DNA of 58,423 nucleotides, filler included, from Catajapyx aquilonaris (lineage: Eukaryota), in the NCBI GenBank assembly GCA_000934665.2. It is 4 parts of 4 records of this genome, joined end to end, with 100 filler letters (N's around TTAATTAATTAA, not from the genome) between each part and the next. Parts side by side here need not be neighbours in the genome. Positions count along the whole stretch, not along the records: positions 1 to 14,507 come from JYFJ02007757.1; positions 14,608 to 29,110 come from JYFJ02007758.1; positions 29,211 to 43,821 come from KZ539731.1; 1 more part is not named here. The stretch is one strand, 5' to 3'. Under the pieces are notes generated by a model, which was given only the letters and a program-made list of their open reading frames with translations, was not told where the DNA came from and did no database searches. The position numbers and the translations under genes were made by a program. Each line of letters begins with the position of its first letter. Position 1 is the first letter of the stretch. Below, piece after piece: positions 12,846 through 36,164 of the stretch.

Positions 12846-13614
12846 CAGAATCGTCTGGGCTACTTGCCCATATGCACTTTGTCCTTGAAAAATATGTAGG
12901 CCTACTAGGAGTGTTTTTTCCATCAACCTCCGGTATATTTAGTGGAAGGTAGTCCCATTAGAGGGCCAAACATTTGTTTTATTCAGAAAAGTGGGCCTCA
13001 AGCCTATTTTTAGCACATCACTGTCTATACAGGTCAGGAAACTCTCCCTCTTATTACGTAGATCTTAGTCCCACTTGCCTGCTCCTCTAACAAGACAAGG
13101 AGGACACTTCTACACTAGCGGCCAAATCTAATACTACTATTAAAACTGAGGAGAGTGTGGATGTGAACAGGCCCCAGTGTAAAGGAATGACAGGACATGC
13201 CGCACTATTGTGTGTTGCGCAGGTGTGATAAGCCTGCATCCTTCTCCGCGTTTAGTGTGCCTTCCGATTCTTCCGATATGCACTGGTTGTGACTTATGGT
13301 TTGAATGTTTGACCTGAAGTCTCACGGTCTCGGAGACTAGACTAAATTTGAATTGGCGGTTTGGGAGTCTTGCTCCTCCTCCAGGTTCGCTGTGAGCAGC
13401 CTTGTGGTTGAAGCTCGTTGAAGTAACTGAAGGAATGGCACCAGCACCGAAACTAAAGCGAAGTGGCAACCCACCAAACTACTGATATGTTGCTCTAAGG
13501 GCACAGGGATCTGACTGGGAATCCCATATGAAAAAAATAGAGTTCCATTGGGGTGTAGCACATTGGCTACATATTTGAAGTAACAATCCAGAACTCTCTT
13601 TTTTCGCCCAATAA

Positions 13615-13739
13615 GGGCCGGTTTCACCGAGCTCAGTATATGATAAAACCAGGGTATTTCTCAAAATCCCTATCTATTTGTATGGATTTTCCTAAAGAAA
13701 CCTGGTTTTATCATATACCAAGCTCGGTGAAACCGGCCA
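13615..13739. mobile_element. PIF/Harbinger (Tourist-like) MITE
   Basis: TAA|GGGCCGGTTTCACCGAGCT...AGCTCGGTGAAACCGGCCA|TAA. Confidence 0.75.
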
Positions 13740-14507
13740 TAAGTGGGTATAACAGACTGATAGAAGTGTAGCAGTTATGAACTGCTGTGAATAATAAAAT
13801 ACTTTTTGCTTACCAGAAATCAGCTAAATAAGCAGAATTTTGGTACTGTATTACCACTTGAATTGTGGCTTGCCAAAATAAAACCAGTTTGACGAGGGGA
13901 CTGGTATACCCAGGGGAGCCAGCCAGCCGGTATAAGGGGGGGAATACTTCATGATTTAATTATTTTTGTCAATATTAGATACAGTAAAACTTCTGTAAGT
14001 CGAATCTCCATGGGACTGGAAAAAAACTTCGAATTATAGAAGAATCCAGTAAGAAAAGTTTGGAATCTTTTAAGAACATCACTCTATAAGGAAGCCTACC
14101 TCTATATCTAGTGACGAAAGGTGTTCAAAACTTAAAAATAACTCACTATCACACTATAATGCTCCTCATTTTTTGTTGTAAAAAACCTCCGTTATGGACA
14201 TTTGCCTACTCTTAGATCTGCTCTCACTCTTAACAAAGGATTCAATATATTGTCACAATCGAGTCAGATACTTCTTTCGGTAGACGGAGATCAGGAAAGA
14301 GCCTTTCTGTATCATCAGTGAATCAAGTATTGTCCCGCCATGCGGGTTACAGTCTGGCCAGGATAACTTCGACCTCGCTCGTTTAGCTCGCCTACTCTTT
14401 CCTAGCTGCGTTACATCGGCTACTCTTTTCTGGCGGAGTCACGTGCACGTGGTGGTTGAAGGGGGAGGGGGGATAGAGGGGGCATGAGAGGGGGGGACAA
14501 CACGAGG

Positions 14508-14607
14508 NNNNNNNNNNNNNNNNNNNNNNNNNNNNNNNNNNNNNNNNNNNNTTAATTAATTAANNNNNNNNNNNNNNNNNNNNNNNNNNNNNNNNNNNNN
14601 NNNNNNN
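14508..14607. other. Artificial contig-joining spacer
   Basis: 44 N + TTAATTAATTAA (stops in all six frames) + 44 N. Confidence 0.97.
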
Positions 14608-14721
14608 ATTTATTGTTGACCAGGACATGCAATGAAATATATTGTCCTGCATGTTGCCCAAAAGTGTTAACTAATACACAACAATTCAGTATCCTACAAA
14701 TACAAAAGGATTAAGCCTCAC

Positions 14722-26101
<11,380 letters not shown>

Positions 26102-26138
26102 TTACCCAAATGGCTCCAGATCAGGCTCCATTATTCAT
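26102..26138 (-). promoter_or_regulatory. Two uORFs in the MEGF8 leader (MEPDLEPFG*, 26131-26102, in frame and abutting the ATG; MNNGA*, from 26138)
   Basis: Minus strand reads ATG GAG CCT GAT CTG GAG CCA TTT GGG TAA ATG GAG TGT. A plausible acceptor (ctttattag) near 26172 would put this in the mature leader. Confidence 0.5.
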
Positions 26139-26956
26139 GCTGAATTTTCAGCACGAACAATGACTGTGTATCTAATAAAGAATATAAGTTGTCAGAAAAC
26201 TAACAGGAATAATACACCATAATTATCTGCAACTGGTCTGCTACCACGTCTGCCCCCTGAACCACACTCTATGTCCAGTATTGATCCCTGGGTTTGCACC
26301 AGAGCAAGATTAACATCTCATGAAGCATATCTTAAATGCCAGACAAGCTTCAAATATTAACTGACAATAAAGAGTACTTGAGAAAGGAGAGGGAACCACC
26401 ATGGGAATGAACCCTGGCAATTTTATGTACAACTTTAGAAGCAAATCGTGATCAAGAAGGAAGGTGAAAAAACCAGGTTTACATATTTCAATCCAATATG
26501 AAAAATCAATTGCACATCTTTAACATCCAGCCTTCTTAGTACTTGTTTTAAAATAGTTTTCGCCTAATGTAATATGCCACTGGATCTGGCTCATCAACCA
26601 TGACGATGTTGCTATGGTTCATTTACGTTACTTGTGCCTCATTATTCTTCATTATGCCAAGTAATATATTACACCCTTGCAACCCTGAATGTCGCACCTT
26701 ATGCTAACTGCATGCCACCTTCAAACTAGATGACATACTATACTGTTGACGCATGCAAACAGTTACTGCCAAGAAAAATGGCCGCATTACTCATTAATAT
26801 TCACCTCTGCAGGTGTGGTTTGATGATGTAAATGCAAACACTGTGTCAAGGATAAAACTTATGACAATGGTAAATGGTAAAATGAAAATGATATTCATAT
26901 CACTATAGCTTGTTCATAAAAACCGTAATTACTCATATCAAACTGTCTCATCATAA

Positions 26957-27128
26957 GGCCGCTTTACATGCGAGCGATTTGCTCAGCGATGTGCAGCAAT
27001 GAGCATCACTGGGCAACGAAACTAATTGTTTGGGAGCGAAATATGATTGTTACTTTCGCCCCAAGGAATTGGTTTCATCGCTCAGTGATGCGCATCGCTG
27101 GGCAAATCGCTCACTAGTAAACGCGGCC
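26957..27128. mobile_element. PIF/Harbinger palindromic MITE
   Basis: TAA|GGCCGCTTTAC...GTAAACGCGGCC|TAA with internal inverted arms. Confidence 0.75.
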
Positions 27129-29110
27129 TAATGTTTGTTACTTTGGTATACTGTATCAGGAGTAGGTGACACTGGCATCTTATCCCATTAATACAAGCCT
27201 GTACATCTATCAAAGCTATGACATTGAGCTGTCAACTTCATGTGACATGGTCACAGCTTCAACGTCACATGGACAAGTAGACTTGTAGAAGCGACCTCCC
27301 TGCTTAACTTTGAATACATTTGTAGTAAACTGTATGAACTGGAAGCAAAGATTTACTCGTCCGTCCCTAAACCGCGGCACAGCATCATCCAACATTTTCC
27401 TCAACAGGGACAACCTAAACCCATACTTGTAATCTGGCCGTGGCTGGTACTCGACCGCCTTCCCGCGGCCTGCTGTCCCCCTGACTCTTCTCTGGGAATG
27501 TTTCCAGATCTGCGGATCGGCGACAGGAATCATGGGACAGGCGGGCTGGCGGGCGGGAGGAAGAATTCCGTCCACCAAAAAATGCTCCCGTCCCAGATCC
27601 ATCAGCCATTGTTTTGGGGGAAGGTTCAGGCTGGGGGCGCGCTCAGAAAATACGCATTCGCCAGAAGGGGACAGCCCATCGCTTCACACCACACACTTTA
27701 ACCAGCTTTAACCGAACAGACAGGTACACACACACGGAAGAGACATTTTCAAGTACATGTACGACCTCATATGCAAAATATATTTGGCGAGAGCCCCTTG
27801 AATTGGCGAAAAGTGGTGATGGATAGAGCGAGTGAACGCGCCCTGCATCTGCCTGCGTGACGTCACTGGCGCGTAGAGAGGTCTTGGCCAGAGCAAGGTG
27901 CTTTTTGGGATGCATGAGATCTCTTGATGAGATGCACTCGAGTGACCTAGCTCCATATTGGGGAAGATATAACGCAGTTCCAAAGTTCAATACTTTGGCG
28001 AAATAAACAGGATGTCAACACCACTTGCATGTTTTTGATAGCTAGCAATTTCACAGTGAATAAGAGAGAATAGATATACACACAACCCAGTGTAGGATCA
28101 GCGAATTTCAAGTATACCACTGACTGCATACACTCCTCATGTATGACGCAACCTTTAATTTATTACTAGGAACAACAAGGCGGTGGTAATGTGTGTCATT
28201 ACTGATCCAATTATGTGAATTGCTTCACATTATTAGGACATGACATGTATGATTATGTAGCCTATACATATAGCATTTTAAATTAGATGAACCTCTTTTC
28301 TTTCAGGATGAGCAAGGGAAATAATACAGTAATAATCTGCAGTCAATCAAATTTCTACACCATAAACCATGCATGTTGTTGTGTATCATGCTGCTCGAGG
28401 GTGTGAGTGCAGGGCCGGACTGGCCCGGGCGGCTGACCGGCGATCGCCGGTGGGGCCAAAGGTGGGGCCAAAGTTTTCCGCAGGGGCCGGTAGATCGCGG
28501 TCGCCTGGTTCGGTCAGTGGATGGGTTTGCCTGAACAATAATTACATTTTTAAAAAATCTTACCCTTGATAGCCTTTCTGGCTTGTCGGGGGACATTCCC
28601 CCCACAGAAGGTTACATAATATATCACAGTATATACACTCATAATTTGGTAAGGCTCAAAGGCTGATTGAACATTTGAACTATCGGGAGGGGGGCCCGGC
28701 ACCTTTCCCATCTTGAAGGTGCAAAATGTTTGGGGTAACTGGTCAGAAAGGGACAAATATAACCGGCTGGCTTATCTTTTCGCGGCAGGGGGAAATCAGG
28801 TGCCTTCAATTAGGAACACTGGCTTCATCTGGTCGCGGCTCACGCTCACAGGGCAAGAAATAAGCATGGCAAGTCACTTCTTCGGCCACCAACAGGATAA
28901 GAATTTCAGTGCATTTTCCGAGTCGTGCTCTCACAATAAATGACATATTGACAACCCTATGTACTGAACCCTTGAGGGCTCACCATCTGGGACCAGCCAA
29001 GAGCTGAAGAAGCCAGTACTGCATGCCCTTCTTGTGGAGGCACTACATGACTGGAGAACACGCAGCACGGTGAACGGTCAGTGACAGTGGCGGATTTGGG
29101 GGGGGGGGGG

Positions 29111-29210
29111 NNNNNNNNNNNNNNNNNNNNNNNNNNNNNNNNNNNNNNNNNNNNTTAATTAATTAANNNNNNNNNNNNNNNNNNNNNNNNNNNNNNNNNN
29201 NNNNNNNNNN
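29111..29210. other. Artificial contig-joining spacer
   Basis: 44 N + TTAATTAATTAA + 44 N. Confidence 0.97.
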
Positions 29211-29277
29211 GGCCTCCGTACGGATTTGCATAGCGAATAACAGGAGAGACAGACATACGTCTAGAAATATGTATTAG

Positions 29278-29349
<72 letters not shown>

Positions 29350-29720
29350 GTTTAAATTTTTGTTCTCTTGTCAACAACTTTCATAACCCTTTTGCCGATT
29401 ATTATTTTCCTTGGCACATTTAGACACACTGTTATCTGTTGGCCTTTGTCATGTGATTATTGTTTCTCTTTACCACAATTTCCGTCATTGTGTAATATCC
29501 CTTCCTGGCAATACTATCTTGCTGCATTTACACAATGCTGTCAGTTGGTTGGTTCCAAGGCTGATTATAGGGAGTCAAAGCATCTGCTGGGAAGGGAGGT
29601 TTTTTGACAGTGGAAAGAAATGTAAAAACCCCGAGAAACCCCACTGGGAGAACTTCTTCACACACCCACCGTGTATACCTAGACCTAGAGAGTACATTAC
29701 TGATTGTAGTTATATTTCAG

Positions 29721-29931
29721 GCACAAACATCAATTCCCCCTGGTTAACAGAGAGAAATTGCCCTCATGCAGCCGAAGAAAATATCAGCGATGCAGTGGTG
29801 AAATTTTATGCCAGAGTTTCTGTAGGTGACACTCTCCATATTTCTAATAAGTTACAGGCTACTATAAAATATAATTGACTACATTAGGCCTAAAACTAGA
29901 ATGTTTTAGTTCAATACTCCTTAGTCAATGC

Positions 29932-29983
<52 letters not shown>

Positions 29984-32892
29984 CAGGGAGGGAGGAAGAG
30001 AGAAGAAGTAATGGCTTCCACTTGGGATTCCAATAATCTGTTCAAAGGGCAGCAACCCGTTGGAAGTAACAATAATGGCATTCACTTGTCGATGCACGTT
30101 TTGCAGCACTGGTTGCTGAAGTGAACCATCTAGAACTTTTCCTTCTTCCCTATCTTGAACTGCGAACTTCGCAGTGTTTTTTGATGTACACCACTTTGCG
30201 TATACGAAGCCATGCAGACGATAAAATAAGTGGTTCGGGGGGTCTGAAAAGTTTATTATGAGCACATATTCATTTAATAGGTTCGTAATAGATGCATATT
30301 TCAAAATTAGGTCATCTATAATATTAAAACTAGGAAAACCCTCGCTCCGCTCGCATTTTCCTAGGGCGCAGGCCTAGAAAACCACTCGCTTCGCTCTCTC
30401 TTTTCTAGGCCTGCGGCCTGCGGTGTAGGCCATGTTCTTAATGATGCTTATCCAACAATTATCCGCATCATACTCCCCTCCCCCCGACCTCTCTCCCGCC
30501 TGCCTCCCCCCCTTATATTAAACCTTTGACGGCTAAGTACATCATAATTATTATGATGTCCTGATGGTTTCTGAATTTGGCGCGCGAGGACGATGTGCAT
30601 AGAGAAGGCGAACTTTGCGGTGCCAAACCCGGTTCAATATGCTCCTGCCATCTCTTGGATGGTGACTCAACTACCATAGCAACTCCAGATTCCCCCCGTT
30701 CCCGCCAAGTTGAGTCGTATATGCCAAGGTCACGTTGCTCCCATGTGATCGTTTATGTAAACATGTTCCCTCAGTACAGGGTGTCCCGTTGGGAGTTTAT
30801 CATAGTACCGTGTTGTGGTAATATTATGTAACCATAAGAACAATGTATAGGGCAGTGGTTTCCAACCTTTTACCAACTGCGACCCCGTAATCATGTTTCC
30901 ATAAATGTGCGCCCCACCCCCACCCCTGCCACTTCTACAACTGACCCATTTCCAGAAAACATACACTCTGTACGTCCCCAAAAATTGTTCAATTTACACA
31001 GATATTGCAAAAAAAATGGTTGAACAAAGGCTCGCGACCACCCGCGACCCTGCCGGCGACCCCCAGGTTGGAAACCACTGGTATAGTGACTGAGTAAACT
31101 GTCCTATCGACTTTCTGAGAGCCGGACGATTCTAAGAAGTATATTTCCGGAACACCCTGTAGAGTGTAGACTAAAACCCCGGCATTTTACAATCAAAAGG
31201 ACCACCACGAATTAAAAAGATTAATTTTGGCGCAAACTTGTTATTCATTAATATCACTCCTACATCGAATTTTGAACAAAAAGAAGAAAAGAAACGGCCC
31301 AAAAACCTGCCAATTGTTGGTTGCCAGTTGTGCCAACTCAATAACCTTTAGTAACTGTATAAACGACCTGCCAGTTGGCACAACTGGAAAACCAACAATA
31401 TAATTATACGTTCCAGGCTAATAATTATTCGAGCGTGGGAGATTTGCAACCCGCCTTCTTACGTTCGATTCTACTCATTCGACGGTAGTCACGACCCGAC
31501 ACTACACCGAAAAAAGTGCCTCGAAGACAGTGTACTGTACTTCCCACCTGTGAATGCACCGCATGGGGTATGTAGGCCTACACGCGCAGTTCCAGAGCAG
31601 TCCGACCAATGCATACGGCCATTTTTCAATAAGCCAGCGCGGCTGAAGTCAAGTGTACGGGACATTCGCCGAATCAATTAGGAAACAGTACCTGCGGCTT
31701 GCCGACCCTTTGATTCGTTGTTTTGCTTCTGGGTTTGAAGTCGGGGAAGTGACCAGGGACCCCGGAATTAATTCCTCAAGCTTCACCAGAATACAGATGG
31801 TGTCATTGTCATCCTCAGGTCGATTCGTAAGTTGCTAGGTTACGAACAAATTGATTCGGCGAATGTCCTGGGCTTGGTCCTGGGTATACTTGACATGAGT
31901 CACCAGGGCCCCGCCGCGCCGCGGCGAGGGGGGCACAGGTAGGGTGGGAGGAGAAGGGTAACAGGTCCGGCGGGTGACGATGACGCCGGGAGAGACGAAA
32001 AAAAGGCGCCCTTCTCCCAAGGAGGTCAACATCCAACTGGACGGATTCCACCCCCATTGCGCATGCTCGGAACGGGGGCCAATCGGAGGCGTCATGGTAA
32101 CAATACGTGTTGAATACGTCGCAGCTACAATGGACGGGGCCCAATAGGAAGAGGTGGCGGCAACAATATGGGGGCGGACCAATCAGAGGGCTCGGTCAAG
32201 CAACGCAAGCATTTTAATATTATAGATTATTGTTTGTGCCTTCTGATTGGTCCGTCGCATATTGTTGCCGCGACGCTTCCCATCGGCCCCTCGCACAACA
32301 ATGTCCTTGCGTTGACACTGTTTACTCATATTGTTGAGGCCATTCCCATGAAAAACGGAGGAGCAAAAACCATTTGCTGATGGTTGTTGGATCCATGGGC
32401 GTCGTCACTGTCAAAGTCCGAAGCGATTAACAATATGGCCTTCACCACCACAAGCCGCAGGCTTAGAAAAAAAAAACCAGCAAATCGAGCTGCTTTCTAT
32501 GCCTACGCCATAGAAAAATACGAGCGAAGCTATAGGGCTTTTCTAGTAGGCTATATTATACAGTACAAGTATTAAAAAATAATGCGCATAGCAATTCATT
32601 GACTACGTGATAAATTCATTTATTCGTTTATCGACTTGCTTGCATACCGATCTGAAGAAAAGCAAGAAACAGCTTTAATTTTTTCCATTCCTCATTTTTC
32701 TTTCAGAACGAAGACATCAGTGAAGTAGTGGATTCTATTGCAGATTCTGTGACATCCTCCTGTCCTGCTACAAACTACATACCTGGATCAATTGTGGATA
32801 AAATAATCATGCTTACTGCAGGATTTACACCTAGTTTCATAGTGGACTACATGGTGGAGAAAGTGGTTAATTACGCCATCTCTTCTCAATGA
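29721..32892 (+). CDS. Short-chain dehydrogenase/reductase paralogue 1, last two exons (partial)
   Basis: Exons 29721-29821 and 32707-32892 (ending ...EKVVNYAISSQ*) are clearly homologous to exons 6-7 of the downstream SDR gene, with the same splice phases. Confidence 0.85.
30777..31159. mobile_element. Tc1/mariner-type MITE containing a hAT MITE
   Basis: TA|CAGGGTGTCCCG...CGGAACACCCTG|TA. Confidence 0.7.
30853..31080. mobile_element. hAT (Buster-type) MITE
   Basis: TIR CAGTGGTTTCCAACC, TSD GTATAGGG / GTATAGTG; same family as 49050-49304. Confidence 0.85.
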
Positions 32893-32939
32893 GAGCTGTG
32901 CGAGTAATGTTCGTAAATTACGTTAATGTGAATACGAGT

Positions 32940-33200
32940 AGTGAATTATAGTAGTGTATATTATGTTACATTACGAGCATCAGTGCATTATAGTAGTGTA
33001 TATTATGTTACATTGCGATCAGTGGATTATCGTAATCTGTTATCGAGTATAGTGTATTATCGTAATCTGTTATCGAGTATAGTGTATTATCGTAATCTGT
33101 TATCGAGTATAGTGTATTATCGTAATCTGTTATCGAGTATACGTAGTGTATTATCGTAATCTGTTATGGAGTATAGTGTATTATCGTAGTGTATTATGTC
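32940..33200 (+). repeat. Minisatellite downstream of the SDR paralogue 1 stop codon
   Basis: Two ~40-bp units, then five copies of the 30-mer AGTGTATTATCGTAATCTGTTATCGAGTAT (33021-33174). Confidence 0.9.
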
Positions 33201-33964
33201 ATATTCAGTGTCAGTCTATAATATAACAGTCGTGTTGTATCTGCCTGTCTGTTTTTCTACAACTTCCTAACGAGGTATAGAAGGAAACATGGCTCATTCA
33301 TTCCTTGCATGGTATGTACAGTACGTAAGTTACCAACATTTTGAAAAGCCTATAAAGAAAAGTGAACGGAGGGGGTGGTTTTCGGAGGAAAATCTTTGCA
33401 GCTGCGTGTGCAGAGGATGGTTTCTGTGCCTTTTCTGAGTAGTGGTTACCACCAAGCGACAGTGCTTGCCGTCAAGAGCATTGCCTCCTTTGAGTTTCCG
33501 AAACCAGTGAGAAACAACGATCACGACAAATGTAAGTACTAGCCCCATATAGCCTACTGTTGATTCCAATCACTTCAACCGTGCTGTAAGCAATCCATTC
33601 TATACCCCTCCTTCTCTCCAGAAGTGGGAACTGGGAAAAGTGCACCACCCTGTGCATGTACGAGTAGGTTACGCATTTATATTAATAAATCGTGAGGTGA
33701 GAATAAATTACAAGGTTGTAACTATACAAGGGATTTTCATTGCAGTTACGACGTTGATAATTCTCACTCCGCGGAATAAAAATTGCGCAATAAGCTGTCA
33801 AGAATGTTGCGTGATGTACTATACGTCACAAAAAGGATACCAGGAAATAAGCGAATTTTCGAGACAGACATCAGCACTCTAACAACAACAAAAAATTCCT
33901 TATATCCATTGGAGCTTTTCTTTTTTAAAATTTTATTTACTAACTCACCATCCCCATTCCTCAG

Positions 33965-34029
33965 GCCAGACAATAACATCTTAGAATCACGTATCTGCAG
34001 CTGTAAGACGGCGTACGCTGAGAAGAAAG
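33965..34029 (+). other. Candidate non-coding 5'UTR exon of the SDR gene
   Basis: CTCAG acceptor and AAG|GTGAGT donor. The first coding exon has an acceptor (tctttacag, ending 36161) only 3 nt before its ATG, which implies an upstream exon. Confidence 0.45.
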
Positions 34030-34708
34030 GTGAGTACCGTAATTAAAATCCTAGAATACTCTGTACGAAATAACTCTCGAATAACTCTATTTTTTATTTC
34101 AATATTTCTCCGGCTAAAGCTACAGGACTTGTCAACATCTTTGTAGACATATCGATAAAAAGTGATTCATGCCTGGATGCAATTATCCAGGTCAAAATAT
34201 AGTATAGAATGCGTATTGCTCAACGTTCTTCTTAACGTGCGACGACTATACACTACAATGAAATTAGCATATGAATAGTCAATAAATAATAACCTATATC
34301 TCCCAATGTAGGCTTGCTTTACCCCTGTAGACTACAGCCCTGCTGTACAGAGCACTAATTGTAAGTGCGACTGCTCTTCATCCTTATTACATTATGATGC
34401 AACACGATAATTTGTTCATAGAAATTGATCGCTATTCCCATGTTCCTTAGGTAACTCTTAACTCTATATCATGACCATTCATTTTCTCTGAAATTGGTTT
34501 TTGACATTGGGGCAGTCAAAACACCAAATTCCTCGAAATATAGGGGCCTATATGGCGGTCATTCCGCTTTACGCGTATGAGTTACGAGTGGCCTATACTA
34601 AGAAAGTTGGAAATGGCGACAAATAATGAGACCATGGACAATAAAAAGTTGCTTTTTGTTGCATATTGTTATAATTTCTTAATTAGAACGGGTTTGACGT
34701 CGTTCGGT

Positions 34709-35702
34709 CAGGGAGCATATACTACATACTCGCTTTGCGAGGTGGGGGGGGCTCCGCCCCCCCACACCCCCCCTTGGGGCTGCGCCCCAATTGGCGCGCC
34801 TTCGGCGCTATGCCCGTGTTCCGCCTAATCCATCCGGTTACAGAAATCAGTGACGTCACCGGTAGCCATGAGGAGTTTCCGAACGTGCCCTCTGTGACGT
34901 ATCGTTCAAAACAGCGTTTGGAATGACAAAGTGGGACCATCTGTGACGTATCATTCTCACGGCAGGTTTGAGTAGTGTAAAGATCCCAGGGGGTGGAGGG
35001 GTGGGGGTGGGCCATTGTTCTCCTTCTTTACGACCATCTGCGGGCAAGGCCACAAGTCGATCCGAGGCAGTTTGCGGATACATTAATTTCGCGATCTCGG
35101 GTTTGCCTCTACATTTAATTTGGCGATCTCGAAAACGGCTGGGAAATTCGCGGTTTTGAGGATTTTTGGAATCGGTATACAGGAGGCTAGAAATCCAACG
35201 GTGGTAGTCCGAGATGTCTGCGACCCCGGGAAGTGCGAAATCTTTTTCATCCTCCTCCTCCTCGTCGGATAGGGGCTTTATATATATTAGAAGAGGCGCA
35301 AACTTCTGTCGGCGCCTTTGTTGTTCGCGTCTCTCTGTTTATAGGGCGTTGCCAAGGCCGGCGGCCATCTTGACGTGTGTGGTATGCCAACGAGGTATAA
35401 ATAGGGTACAGGCCATCTTTGATGGTTTTGGCTGTCATGGCAACTACACGCCAAGAACACGCGCAAATTTGAATTCGATATTGGAAAATTGGTAAGTAAA
35501 TTGTTATTGCCGTGTATTTCCATGGCAGCCAAAGCCATCAAAGATGGCGGACCCCCGCGGACCTTGACGGCCTGCCTGTACCCTATTTATACCTCGTTGA
35601 CATACCACACACTTCAAGATGGCCGCCAGCCTTGGCAACGCGATAAACAGAGAGACAAAAAAAAACGAATGTTTGCGCCTCTTATGTAGTATATGCTCCC
35701 TG
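34709..35702. mobile_element. Non-autonomous P-superfamily-like element (CAGGG...CCCTG, 7-bp TSD)
   Basis: Perfect 20-bp TIR CAGGGAGCATATACTACATA and perfect TSD GTTCGGT; the right ~430 bp is itself palindromic. Confidence 0.8.
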
Positions 35703-36164
35703 GTTCGGTTGTTTCTAGGGGTGTTGTTGCTCCGTAATTGTTTTAAAACCGTTTAAATATTAGGTTACAGTTGTGCCGAATACAGTAGTTTGCTTTGGAG
35801 CATGTATATAAAGTATTTGATTTCACAATATTTTCCCTTTTGAGGCTTCATTTCCACGTGGTAGCCTTTTTTGAATGTATTTTTCACACCATGACTTCCT
35901 TCCCCCTCGCATGCATTTCGTGCTTTATTCCATAACACACTATAAATCCCACAGCGCCTTGAGCAATGGAAATCTGGCGGTATGCCCGGTTCACTCAAGC
36001 TTCCGTGATAAATCCATTATACTGTAGGCGCGGTAGCCCCTAAGTAAGACCGTATAGTATAGCATTTCAACAATGAATTTTTCCATCATCTTGTTGCGTT
36101 TTTTAAAAAATTCGCCCCTTTTTACTTGTAATGTGGTGTCATATCATTCTTATCTTTACAGAAT

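Larger units (their letters stand above)
30314..32227. mobile_element. Unclassified element with perfect 16-bp terminal inverted repeat ATCTATAATATTAAAA
   Basis: Termini at 30314-30329 and 32212-32227; subterminal hairpins; absent from the homologous intron of the paralogue (~41765). Confidence 0.65.

Noticed and set aside
13140..13560. Coding or TE-derived ORFs in the last spectrin intron
   Set aside because: No frame gives a recognisable motif or usable spectrin exon.
14552..14563. TTAATTAATTAA as a biological motif
   Set aside because: It is centred in N runs three times identically; an artificial six-frame stop linker.
27216..27602. 128-aa minus-strand ORF as an N-terminal MEGF8 exon or separate gene
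   Set aside because: No recognisable homology, and an in-frame TAA directly precedes the MEGF8 ATG, so it cannot extend the protein through that exon.
29921..30304. Nested antisense gene in the conserved SDR intron segment
   Set aside because: The homologous segment at 41450-41760 has indels and stops in the matching frames; similarity is explained by the gene duplication.
33021..33174. 30-bp repeats as a CRISPR array
   Set aside because: Units are head-to-tail with no unique spacers, there are no cas genes, and the context is eukaryotic.
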